Positions 51,301-64,000 of a stretch of 64,000 nt of DNA are shown one piece after another. The position numbers and the translations under genes were made by a program. The notes under the pieces were generated by a model that made no database searches, was not told where the DNA came from, and saw only the letters and a list, made by a program, of their open reading frames with translations. The stretch is from contig JBHGNT010000011.1 of NCBI GenBank assembly GCA_043228905.1, positions 16,740,001 through 16,804,000 of the forward strand. Reading direction: 5' to 3'. Position 1 is the first letter of the stretch, and every line of letters starts with the position of its first letter. Source of the stretch: Azolla caroliniana. Taxonomy: Eukaryota; Plantae; Polypodiophyta.

Positions 51301-53268
51301 CTCACTGAGGTTATAGAGTTCTCAATGTATCAGATTCAATACATGAAGGAGGTTTCATTATGAATGTTATGTTCGCAGGCAGCTAGGTTTGTAAAAGAAG
51401 AGATTGGAAAGATGGTGATGGTTGAGATGATTGCTGAAGCACCCATGAATAGTGCAAATCCCTACTTTTCCACTGCATGGAGACAATCCTTCTCCGTATG
51501 TATAATCAAATCCATTATTTACTTATTTGCGCCAGTCTAAAATTATAACATAAGCATACAAACACCAATTAAACAAGCACAATGTTATGCGTCAATGATC
51601 TAGAAGGGTTAATTATGGAACTGAAGCAAAACCCAATTTTCCTTCAGCAATTATTTTGATACTGATTCACATGGATGTTAGTGATCTCAAGATGTTCCCA
51701 GTTAGCAAGACTAAGGGCTTTTATCACATCATTTTAATCCATAGGTATGAAGACAGTGGTGAAGATGCCCATCACCGCTGGCCAAAATTTTTATCATGAA
51801 ATCCTCATCATAAAGAAGTTTGAAAACATCAGTTTTTAATGGAAATTCTAAATCCTAGAACTTACATGACAATTCAGGGGGGTTTTACATTGGATATGGG
51901 GGTTCATTTTGTTGCAGCATTACGAATGGTATGCTATCCTCAACCCCTTGTTTTCTAAAGTGATTACAAGTTAATCATCAATTTTTATTCAACATACTTT
52001 GTTTGAATGGATTAAAACAAAAATAAAAAGTACGTCTGTATCTAACAGGTGACAGGAACTGAAGTCAGTTCAGTTTCAGCATTAGCACGGCATGCTGATA
52101 CATCATTGCCACCACCCGATAACATCTCGGCTTTATTGTAATAACTTGAGCAAAAAAAATGAATTTTTCATTTTAATTTCGTTTCTGTCTAGTAGGAAAA
52201 CAATATTATTAAGTTTATGAGATATGAACTGTATAGGAAATTTGCCAACAATTGTATCGGAGTTTTTGTCATATCTGTGTCAGCAACCTCTAGAAAGGTA
52301 AAGTATCATGAACACTCATTGTTGTCAGGTATTTGATTCTATGTGAAGGAAAGAATAAACTTTTTTCCTTAATTTTGCATAAAACATGTGGTAGATGACG
52401 TGGCGAGTAGTAGGATCAAAAGGAACGGTAGAAGCTGAACGTAGTAGTCAAGGGGGTCAACATGGATATTTGGTAAAAATGTAATTTAATCATTAGAGAA
52501 GGATTGTAATGTATAATCCATGCTATATATAAAATTGCCTGTGTTTATTTTGTTTGTTGAATTATTTATTACAGGTAACATTCTATCCATCAGGTGGGAA
52601 TTCCTGTTCGTCTTTTTATGCTTTTTCGGGTTTTCAAGAAGACTTGGAAAGCTTCGCTAAAGACATGTCAACATCAATATCTAAGGTGACAAGAAATCCT
52701 TGCAAAAAAGGAAGCATCTGCTAATATTTCAGTATGAATGTTTTGAAGTAATTATGGTAGAGAAAATGACAAAAAATTAATTATGAGGAAACTTTTTAGG
52801 CCCCATATTAGGTAAAGAAAGGGATACTCTAATTTTGAGTTTCTTACTTTCATACTGTTGATTGATTTGTTTTCTTGACTCCCATATATGACTTCCATTG
52901 AATTTGTCATTCGTTATCTCCTTATTTTACATGTAAAGCACGTCTCACTCACCGTGTTATATAAAATCAATTCTAGTCTTATCACATGTATAGAAAATTG
53001 TGTCTCTTTGTTATATATGGAATCAATTCAAGTCTATCATATGTCCAGGGATTGTTTACCTTAGTATATACATAATGGATTGAAGATCATGTCACATTGT
53101 TATTCAAGTAACCAATGAATTCTTATTATGTAGGGACTGGACGCAAATAAGGCAGATGTACGAAGTTCTCCGGTTGAGGGAGCTCGTGATGTTGCTGTGA
53201 TTGAAGCTATATTAAAATCAAGCTCCAAGGATGGAGAGTGGATGACCGTGGACCCCATCCTTTTATAG
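48382..53268 (+). CDS. Gfo/Idh/MocA-family NAD(P)-dependent oxidoreductase (12 coding exons)
   Basis: Exons 48382-48516, 49567-49707, 49879-49927, 50058-50075, 51194-51309, 51379-51495, 51878-51928, then ~52049-52137, ~52236-52297, ~52395-52472, ~52575-52685, 53134-53268. Motifs LALIGAG, GKHVLQEKP, AVAENYRFEP, GGFTLDMGVH. Probable 5' UTR donor at about 43943. Confidence 0.92.
50111..50395 (+). repeat. ~150-bp direct duplication in an oxidoreductase intron
   Basis: ACAATGTAATTGT...CCCCAAACA occurs at about 50111 and 50262. Confidence 0.85.
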
Positions 53269-55253
53269 TATTCTCTAATTCTTCTAGGATAACCATGCCA
53301 TTGATATAAGGTTGTGAACACTTTTTGGAATTTATCCATTGGTTATTTTACATAACTTTGTTGAAATTGATTCTCTTTGTATTTTGTGCTTTGGATAAGT
53401 CTTATTATCAATCCATTGTGTACTTCAATGTTGACAATTTCAGATCACAGTGATTACTGGGAGAAGAGGTGTTCATCTGGATTAATGGATCAAAGTATTA
53501 AAATACAATGTTTCAATTGTCATGATCTTATAGACATGAATATATGTCATTTGGGATACATAGTATAAGTATTAAAGTATAATGTTTCAATTCTCATCAT
53601 TTTATAGACATGAACATGTCATTTGGGAGACATTGAACATTATAGGCCTAATTATAATTTTCATAAGGTTGGTCCTTGTGTTTCTTCTCCTTGGCCCTTG
53701 GTTTCCTTTATGTTTGTTTTCCTGTTTTCCAGGCGAAGTCTAGTCTGATCTTATGACTTTCTAGGCATTGCATTAGATTTTACTAGCCTATGTTGGGTCT
53801 ATCTTTTGCATTTAGAATGGGTATATACTACTTTGCTGATTATTTTTTGATGTATTTGAGATCTCCTCTAGAAGCAAGCCTGTTATATAAAAAAACATTG
53901 GATTTGCAATAAATGTGATTCTATACATTGAATGTTCCATGTGTCTAAAATTTCTACATGCAAAACATGATCCAACAAAATTTCCCTACATTGAACTTAA
54001 ATGGATGTTTTAGAACATTTGGATACTATGCACACTCTTGAAGGGTTGGAATTTATGTGTGGCATGATATGCATGAACAAGTTATTACCATAGCAAAGTT
54101 TGATACTTCTGAAAAATGTCATAAATGTTGATTGCATTATAATGAAGATTTCAAGAGTTGAACATAAATTTGATGTTAGAATAATTGTGGAGTATTTTCT
54201 TTTTAAGACAGTTTTAAATAATTTGGAGTGCCTTAGCAGTATATGTTCAATCATGACTTTATTTCATGACAAACAATGTCTAATGTTCACAACTATACTT
54301 TCATTATTCATATTCTATAATTGACAGGGGGAGACAATGGCCTATGATAGCCAATGACTAATTTGGCAGCTCAAAATAGAAAGATGGTGTTGGTTCATGG
54401 GATACTAATCTTCCTTGTAATTTCAAGAATGTGCAAATTCTTTGTGGCTCTTCTTGAAATCACAAAGCAAATGGTATTCCTATTGAGATGCTTGTTATGT
54501 GTGCTACACATGGAGTTGAATCTTCAGAAGAGAGAGCTAGCTTCACACATTGTGCATAATGTGGTAGCAACTCACTCTTCAGAGCATCTAAAAAAAGTAT
54601 CCTGTATAAATTTCCAAACACTCTACTTCAATCTTTGAAGTTCTCACACTAGGTTTCCCACAAGTGGAAAAAACAGATGCTGAATTTTACAAAGTAGGAT
54701 TTATGCAATGTACCTATTCTGATTTAATCAAAACTTCCATGCTCCTAATCTATCTCTAATCCCACATTCTAGTACCTTAAGCATAAATATCCACTAAAAA
54801 GGGTTATAAGATTTTAGTTTTGGCATTTCCATAATTTTCATTTCAACTATACATTAATTTCGTCAGCCCTGCATTTCTGTAGCTTCATCAAATCTTTTTT
54901 GTGTTTTTGTTCCAGTGATACAATGAAATAACCCATATTATCAACAATCATTCGTAAACATTTGTGAAAAATCTCTTTACCTTTTCAGATTGGCCCAATG
55001 CCCATCAAGAAAGCAGGCATGCAAGCAAATCATAGAATGTACATTCACAAAAGATTTGATCCATGAAGTTATGACCATACACAAGAATGGCTTCATATAG
55101 CCACATATACAATCACTACTCCATTCATATACCAAGTGGCAGAAACAAAATGAATAAACAGTGAAACAACGGGCTTCTAGAAAGATCCACTACTAACTCA
55201 AAAACTGTTTTCTCATTGATGTCAATTTGGTAGACAAGCTTTTCCTCTTTTCC

Positions 55254-58200
55254 TCAGACGATAGAAGGCTCGACTGCCATTGGCTTCTCCATCAAGCTAA
55301 CAGTTGTTGCAAGACCTGGTTTTGAGTCTACAATATGTGATGATGATAGATCACTCAATGGCTTTCCACTAAGCCGATATTCTGTTTCTGGTCTTCTACA
55401 AACTTTCCTTAAAGGAACTATTTCCTGGTCACACAACCAAAAACAATTAGAATCATTTTGTAGAAATCTTGAGACACAGAAGCATTTGTGAAAATCCAAT
55501 ATTTGTCAATAAGACTCAAATGTGAGTATAAGTATCAAATAATAACTTCATAGGAGCAGACGGATATATGTTCTCATATAGTCAGCACTATGCATCTTCA
55601 AACTTTAATTTGTGCATCTTGGTCTTCTATATTGCAAATATAGCATGAACAAAACAGAAATAGTGCACATAATTTGAAAACCCGAAACAAAAATAGAATA
55701 AGCTGTTGTGTAGCACATAGTCTCACCACAAACCAAAATTAATTCTGACAAATTTTCTGCAAATTTCACTTAAGGTGAAACTAGTGGCTACCTCTACTCC
55801 ATCATGGTCATATTGGACTAGAAACCGACATCGGCATCCTCTAGCATCATGCCTTCGTCTCTCAACCTCCTTGATGCGAGCATCATAATAGAGAGCTTGT
55901 TCAGAACCTTCCTAAATTTTGACAAAAAAAACTAGTTTATATACATGAATTGATTCAGAAGTAAGACACCATAATTATCAAAAACACATCAACAGTACCT
56001 GGAAACAAAGAATAAGGTCACCAGGAATCACAGCTACACATTCTGTTGCTTCACATGGCAATGACCGCAGCCGAACACCAGTCCTCACATTGACCCATTC
56101 ATCCTCCTCTTCCCCAAATCCAGCAAAACGCACTCTTACTTCCTGCAACTACAAGCTCATCACACTTCAACTATACACACACACATAATCAGTGTAACTG
56201 CTGTATCAAGAGCACAGAACTGTTGCCTATAACTTTGTTAATGAGAACTTTGTATCCCTGACATTAACCAAACTGACAAAAAATTTAACTGCAAAATCTA
56301 CATTAGGACCAAGTGTATTCTGAGATGAACATAAAATTCAACGATGGTTGGACCAAACCATGTGTTCTCAAATGACATAAATGAAAAGATAATACTTAAG
56401 GGACTTTACTATCACAGACCGGATCACCAGTATCGAGTTTTCTGTGGCCTGAAAAAGAATCAACATCATACCTGCAAAGGAAAAAAAGAAGCGTATGGCG
56501 AGCTTGATATTCATTTTATTATGATCAGATGAATTTGAAACTCTTCATTTCATGCAGCCACAGGAGCAGAGGTAATGAACATGAATGTGACAAGAGGGAT
56601 CTGTTTCCTAAAGAGTCCAGGGATCTTGTGGATGGTATTTCCCACACAAATACCAACAAACAAATATCACACACTTTGCAGTCAAATACACCAGCAAAGC
56701 TCTATTAAACTGACATGGTTAACACCACCTTGTTGCTTCAGTAAATAACCATGCGGCAAATAATCAACTTTCCTTTTCTCACAAAAATGAACTTATTGTA
56801 ACTGTAAATTTAAGTCCAACAGAAAATTGAGATAATCAGTGTCATAGGAAACTGTTATTGCAGACAATTTTTGAAGTACTAGTAATACTATATTGGACAT
56901 GTCTAGACTCATAGCCTATAGGAACTGCTCTTGGAGACAGAATTAGTTTTGTAGTATTGTCCTAAAATATGGAATTAAGACAATGATACAAAAGACGAGG
57001 CAATTTGTATAAGAACTTTTTAAATGTTAGAGAATTCATAGGCAATTGAAGGACCCATCAATGTTCTATTTGTAGGACACATAAATGTTCTTTTGTATCA
57101 ATTTTCCATAAGTAGAATGGAAATAGTAAACAAGTTAGCACATTACTACTTAGAACATGCAGTTAGCTTTAGACATTCTTCATTTGAGATCTTACAATTA
57201 AATGAACTACACATAGGAACTACATCAATATTACCATGCAGCATCTCGAGCTGATTTTGCTTCAAATTCCATTTTCTGCTGCTCGGTACCCTTCCCAATA
57301 GGACCTAGGATATAAATAAAACTCTGCTCAAGTAAAAAGTAGGAATGCTATAATCACACCATCAAACGCTATAATCACACCATCAAATGCAAACTCACCT
57401 GAAGGCACTGCTGCTGAAGTGGCCGCAGTCCGCTTTGCAGCACCAGACATATCAAGCGGTGTTGGTTGTGCAGTTGTCACTGGTCTCTCTGAATGTTTCA
57501 CACCTTTCTTCACAGCATGTCGCCGATTTTGAAACCAATTCCATACCTGCCAAACAAGAAGAAATTCCTATTTCTGTATCTTTATAGACATATATACATG
57601 TGGAGATGAAAATATAAAAACTCCTTTTCTGTCATCCCTCATTTATGCCACCTCTTCATTGAACCCAAGCAAAGATTCAGTAATCCATGTCTCTTCCTTA
57701 AGTAACGTCTATATCTCCTTCACTTTTGCCTGTTTCACATTCTAGAGGCCTTTCTCACTTTCGTTTCCCTTTGCGAGATGTTAGACAACTGTCTTGAATA
57801 GTTACCTTCTTTAATGTTTAGAGTTTTGGTTCACATTCATCCATCAAGTGGCAAGCCCGTGTTAAATGTCTATGGTGTATATCAGAATAAAATGAAATAG
57901 GTGATAATTTCAATCTCTTTATCCAGATTCCCTAATATGACAGCAAAATCATGAAACGGAATACAACACATGGTTGATTTATCATTCCATCAAGTATAAC
58001 ATTGTTACATATAAAATCAATGTCGCTATGTTGCAAGTTTGCCACTGTCAAGGTTTCATTTCGATAAATATATACAAAATGGGTTCCAGGTTCACAAAAT
58101 ATAAATATCTTTTGCTTTTCCAAATTTCAACTTTTCAATAAAAACTGCACAGTAAAAAGGGGAGATCTACATGAACATCCATCACACAGACTTAAGATAC

Positions 58201-59786
58201 CTGCTTATATTGAACAGTGCTCTTCCCTGCTCGATCAGCACTAGCACTGTAAACAAGAATCACACAAAACAAAGTAAACTTCAACTCAGTTCAGAAGACA
58301 AAAAAGTTTCTTGAAACAAGGTAAAAAACATACCTAAACGTATCAGCAAGCGCTATCATAGATTCACGGGAGGGTGCAGCACCCTTAGCATCCTCAAGTG
58401 CTTTCTCCATGATGGCCACCTACATGGAGCATCTCTCTCTCCCTCCCTCTCTCTCTCTCCCTTTCTCTCTCGCCCTCTCTCTCTCACGCCACAAGACAGC
58501 ACATCGTGACAAAGTAAATCAAGACAAAGTACATCGTGAGGATCAGGAGAGATCGGAGTAATCTTCCGACAAGATATCCATGAGTACGAGTAGCTGAACA
58601 GAATACAGATGAGGATCCAATATAAGGCTCCTGTAGACATGAATCTTATTAAGATATCCCTTGTCAGATATCAAGATATGCTGATGCGAACGACAAGTGG
58701 CAGAGAAACTGCATCATCCTACAACCTCCAATCTGACGTATTCCATGTGACTATAGTCTAGTTGAGCATTTACCACAGGAGATTTCAATTCCAAGTTCCA
58801 AAATAGATAAAGTGATACCTATTACTCAGGAGACCCAGAGATGATGCACTTGATATGTTTAGTGAGCTGTGGAATTAGCAAGCTCAAACAAAGCCAGACC
58901 AAGCAACGCGCTTAGAACATCTTGTAGAACTAGCTGTAGGAAGTGGCATGATAGGAGGATCATGGTAATTGTAGGTGACAAGTGGTTAAACAATAATGGC
59001 CTCAACATCCAAACCATATCGCCCTAGCAATACCCTAAATTTCTTCAAGATTATGAAAGCAAAAAAATACCAAGGCAAGATCTCTGGCAAACTCTATTAT
59101 TAAAAGACTTTGATCGCAACAAAAGGGTTTCTCCCCACAAAGATGACCTACTACAAGCATCAAATAGTGAGCTTCTCAAAGGAAGCTCAAAGGATGGATT
59201 CATACATAGACCATGGCACATGGATGTGCACATGCCCAATAGTGCCCTACATGAGTATTTGATCTACATGACTTCAATGTATTAGAAACAGATACGTGTG
59301 TCACTTTCAAAGGCCTCACGCACCAGGACACCATAAATGAATTTCAGGAACTCCTACAGGATTGTACTAGCTTTGCAGACTTCAAATGAAGACAGAACCA
59401 TTCCTGTAAACAGTAACCATGCTAGTTGGTTGTCTACTCAAACGCATAAACCAACCTAATTGACGGTAAAAAAAAGGATTTTGGCATCTTGCTTTTACAA
59501 TTTTAGTTAAATAATTGAGAAATCCCCCACCTAAATGGTCCGATCATATCCTTTTAAGTGACTGTTCCATCAATTCTCTCTCTCCCTCCCTCCCCTCCCA
59601 TATAGCCACTCTTTATGACCCCCCCTCCCCCATCAACGGCATTGACGCACCACCATTATCAACGACGACTGTCTCTCTGTCTCTCACATACATCTAGCAA
59701 GGAACACTAGAAAATGAAATTGTCAGCAGTACCTCAGGTCCAAGAAAACGGAAAACAGGGCCGCCATTTGCAGGAGGTCGTCCCAT
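55254..59786 (-). CDS. SHH2: SAWADEE HOMEODOMAIN HOMOLOG (SHH2-like) chromatin reader
   Basis: Exons 59786-59733, 58419-58334, 58246-58201, 57546-57399, 57304-57235, 56471-56420, 56142-55999, 55912-55792, 55424-55254. Motifs [58 protein letters not shown]. Confidence 0.95.
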
Positions 59787-60639
59787 CTTCTGTAGCAGAA
59801 GAAGAAGAAGCAAAGACAGAGCGCGAACGAACGAAAGAAGCAAAGACAGGAAGAAGAATACGAAAACGAAAGGAATTTATAGATTGATAGATAAATTAGG
59901 GCTATTTATATAAATAGCCCTTTCTCTTCTCCATATTACAAAAACAGAACTCATGCAATTTTTATGATCTCCATTTCACCGAAGAAGAATTTGTTCGGCC
60001 TTCTTACATACTAACCAAATTATGACTGATTCAGTCACATACATCTCTTTAACCCCGTCTGAATAAACCTTTTCCCTTGAAGTTGATTAACAAAAACCAT
60101 ATTTTAATTTCGTGAAGTTAATCGTGTTAACTTCATGAATGCGCGACTAAGAGCATCAACAACTACGTCCATTGACGCTTTCCAGATAACCAACGGACAA
60201 ATCGAACTCGTAACCCTATATGACCAACATGATCATGTTGATCGCAAGAATGGTTAAAATGCTCGTGGTTTGTTGTGACAAACAAAAAGATTTCTATAAT
60301 AATAACATCTCCAAGTTTTGAGTGCATGAAACATTCCAAGATTTCTATAATAATAAGTAGATTGAATAAGAATTGGTCAGCTTTTTTTATAAAAGAAATT
60401 TTGATGCTTTAAGGGGTGGAGGTGGAGTCATTAGGCTCACGACCTCGGAATTTGATATCAACCAAAAACAATGGAAAGGCTTCCAACGCAACAAAGTGAG
60501 TTATGGATGTGAATGTGGATTACAATGATAAACAAACTATTGATTCGATGTATTATTGAAAATTTTGTTAGTAGTTTTTACAATAAATCGTTCATAGCTT
60601 ATTGATAAAAACTACAACTATAGTTGTTAAGTCTTGGGT

Positions 60640-61330
60640 TCAAGCAATGTTCGGTGGTACCAATATGATACGACTAAACCCCATTCATTAACATCTCTCT
60701 CTAAACATGTAAACATTTGGAGTTGAACTAGATGGACAAACATTGAGATTCATTATCACATTTGAGATGCAATAAACTTGTTGCCAATGTCATTATGTAT
60801 TTGAATAGCATGCATTCTTAGACCTCATTAGTCTCAACTAAGATGAATATCTCTAATCAAGGGTCTTCACTTTCCAACAATTTGGGAATTAGTTCAAGTT
60901 GACATTGATAGCCTCAACACCCTACATTCGTCAAATACATTTAAAGCAAGGGAAGGTGTAATTCTATTAAAAAGATATCGAAAGGTTAAGTACCTTGCAT
61001 ATGATATTATGAAACACCCTTAAAGAGCCTAGCTACATAGGGTCCTTGCCATTGCCAAGGGATTTATCAAACACTAGTATAGCATCCTCACAACCTAGTT
61101 CAACATACAAAGAACATATCACTATAGTCACTAAATGTTATTGTAGTAACCTTGAAAAAGCCTTAAAGAGTGGTAACGGATGCATACTAGGCCACAAGAC
61201 ATTTCATGCCAACCCAACATAACATTGCATCAACGATGTCGTTCAGAATAATCACCCTCTCAATGAAGTGAAGAGTGAAACTACAACATCTTTGAGCTTC
61301 TCAATACCTTGAATTGATATTCTGAAACTG
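60640..61330 (-). mobile_element. Very degenerate LINE-like remnant
   Basis: Weak LGNGKDP-like RT-proximal remnant only. Confidence 0.3.
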
Positions 61331-61509
61331 GATTGAAGAAAAAATACAAATAATAGAAACTAATACTTCTTTAGTTTGACAAAATAGACAAACAGCCCAA
61401 TAAACCTGTCAAACTAGAACGCCAATAACTAAGAAAACAGATCAGATGAACATACATGAACAAGTGAGACAGCACCCACAACCCTCTGGTGACACAACAC
61501 GATCCCCAC

Positions 61510-61830
61510 ACAACTGAAAAACAAATCAAATTCTGAAACAGTTGCTATTCAACACTAACCAGACTCAGAATGAGTCATTCAGCACAAAAATTTGAAAAAC
61601 AAATCAAATTTCTGAAAATGTTTATCATTCAACACTAGCAAGACAGAATGACAGTTATTCACGCACGAAAAGAAAACTGAAAAACATATCAAATTTCTGA
61701 AAATGTTTATCATTCAACACTAACAAGACAGAATGACAGTTATTCACCTCAAAAATGAAAATGAAGAACATATCAAATATCAGAAAAAGTTTACCATTCG
61801 ACACTAACAAGAACAGCATGACAGTCAGTC
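61510..61830 (+). repeat. Four ~75-80-bp tandem repeats
   Basis: AAAAACAAATCAAAT(T)TCTGAAA...ATTCAACACTA..AAGACAGAATGACAGT recurs four times. Confidence 0.85.
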
Positions 61831-62681
61831 AGCTGAATAAAATATGCGACTTCCAATTTAAACAATCAAAAGAATATGCAGAAGCTGCAGAAGACTTTAG
61901 GAGAGTAAGATCATCAGAGCCAATTTAAAATTCTGGAGCAGAGGAAAATAACAGATTTTGTTGGTATGCGTTCGCACAATACTAGATTAACGCAAAACAT
62001 TAAACAATAATTAGAACGCAAATGAACAGGTTTTCAGCCAGAAGAGTAAACATATTGATCTAAACATAGAGAAGGCATGTGGAACCTACTAGAAACCAAA
62101 CCCTAGGACAGGGATAATATATTTAATTCAACAGTGAATAAAACTACGCAACCAAATTGAACAAACTACTCACAATAACATCTTATTAAGTGAAACAAAC
62201 ACATTGAACTGTTAAGGAGAGCAGGATTAGTAAAAACACTCTTCAATAAACTTTGGTGGATGTGTTTAATTTTCATGTCAATAAATTGCAGGTTCCATGC
62301 AATTCCTGTTTATTCTCTTACACAATTTGTAGCTTCAACTCTTCTACATATATCAAATAAGTCATCATGGTACCACCAGAAAACAGTTGAAGCAACCTGG
62401 ATAAACAAGGCCGCACAAAGAGCTTTGTTCATTGATACAGGCAGATTAACCGACGCTTGAATGTTTTAAACAGAGATCCTAACACCTGCACAATTTACCA
62501 TATTACGCCAACACTGGCATTCTCCCCCAATGCCATAACATTTACTATGTTCCAAATGATCCCCCTGTTGCCTCCAAACCACCAAAAGGATACGGTGTTT
62601 CTTCCAAAACAAAGCATGACATTATACCTATCGATATTCCAGTACCACCATCTGGCATATCCAATTGGAATATTAACTTTC

Positions 62682-64000
62682 TCAGAAAGCATTTGCCCGT
62701 CTATATCCACCTTGCGTATAGACATCTCTAGGAACAGGTGTGAGAGACTCAGTCAGACGAGAAAAAGGCACATCTCTAGGAGACGACTTGTATTTTCCAG
62801 GTGACTCTAACCCAAGGCTAGGTCCAGGAGGCCGTGGCATCGGTGACCTCTGAATGGGGCGTCCTGATGATGAGGTATTAATAGTACTGGTTGTAGTGCT
62901 GGTACCAGAAAATGATGCTGACCGAGAGAATACTTGTGCAAGCTCTGCAGCAGACGGTATTCCAACACGTACAGACCCTCCTCCGTCTACTCCAATTAGG
63001 CTACTTTGAGGCCCAATTTGTGGGCTAGAGATATCACTGGATCTCCTCCAGCTCTCTTGCTTATTTATATCTGCCCTTTCAGGCTCCCTTTTCTCTTGAG
63101 AATAACGAGAATCAGATCCTCTCCTGTCATCCCTTCTATCCACATCTATACGATCTTTCCTACCACGGTTCTCATTGCGTTCCAAGCGGCCACTATCATT
63201 TCTGCCCAATTGCTTCACATTCCCAAGCTCAGTTTGTTCTGATCGAATTCCTTCATACTTCTCCTCAAATTTATCTTGTTTTTCGCCATTATATTCAGTT
63301 CCACCACTTCGATTCTGTTCTGTGCGAGGTCCACTGCTGACAATGATAATTTAGGCACATCTTCCATAACTAACTGATAGCTTTTCTTAATAATTTAAAT
63401 CATTTCTTACCTCATTGATAATACTGGACTGAGAATAGGATCCACACCCACAATCACAGACTCATCAACACCTCGCTCCTTCAAAACCTGCAAGAAACAT
63501 AGCATATCATATATACAAAGAGCAAAGTTTACTGTAGCAGGCTGTAAAACTAAAACACATAAGAGAGAATTTGTACCAGCTCTCTAGGTCGAGCACCCCC
63601 AAAAACAGACATCCTATTTAGAAACAAACATACATACTTTAGATAGTGTCTCAAATCAAAACATAAGAATGTTTGTTAGTGTCATAAAGCTACAGATACC
63701 AAGCTCTGAATCATCACGTCTCAATACAGGCCCACATATTAGTTAAAGGTTATACTACTGGCAAACAGTTTTAAGAAATGTGCAAGCAAACAAAAATGAT
63801 ACAACTAAAATGAAATTCTTGCACTTAACATACCTTTCCTTCACAGAGCCACTAGCTGGCATAACATAGACAGGCTGGGAACGAGGTTTCAAGCTAAGTT
63901 TTGGTCTCTGAACACCTACAGCGGGTTGATCAGATTTTGCGCCTCCACCCTCAGGTAAAGCAGTAGTTGAAGACATGCTTGGAGGTGATATTCCAAAAGA
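62682..64000 (-). CDS. 3' part of a plant eIF4B-like protein; gene continues off the right edge
   Basis: Exons >64000-63834, 63613-63577, 63487-63411, 63336-62682 splice in frame. Motifs RPKLSLKPRS and VFGGARPRELVLKERG match plant eIF4B-type repeats. Confidence 0.75.

Noticed and set aside
14427-59786. Functional chromatin/RNA gene cluster (DEK, PTB, SHH) linked to the MTase
   Set aside because: These are unrelated conserved host genes interspersed with metabolic genes; there is no evidence beyond proximity.

Overview
AT-rich, intron-rich land-plant nuclear DNA. The transposon types and microsatellites suggest a fern or other non-seed plant, but that is inference. I hand-spliced seven host genes: a DEK chromatin protein (-), a PTB1/2-type splicing factor (+), an AKR4-type aldo-keto reductase (+), a PP2C (-), a Gfo/Idh/MocA oxidoreductase (+), a SAWADEE homeodomain protein (-) and a partial plant eIF4B-like gene (-). 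They lie among LINE, Copia and MULE remnants and tandem repeats. The standout is at about 4241-6520 (-), which the ORF track shows only as fragments. It is a decayed, spliceosomal-intron-containing gene fusing a ParB/Srx-like domain to a bacterial/phage-type beta-class N6-adenine/N4-cytosine DNA methyltransferase. It sits in a repeat-rich block (nested 138-bp/~920-bp tandem array, hairpins, truncated inverted DEK copy) that may be a large mobile element. All calls come from manual reading and translation; no database searches were run.
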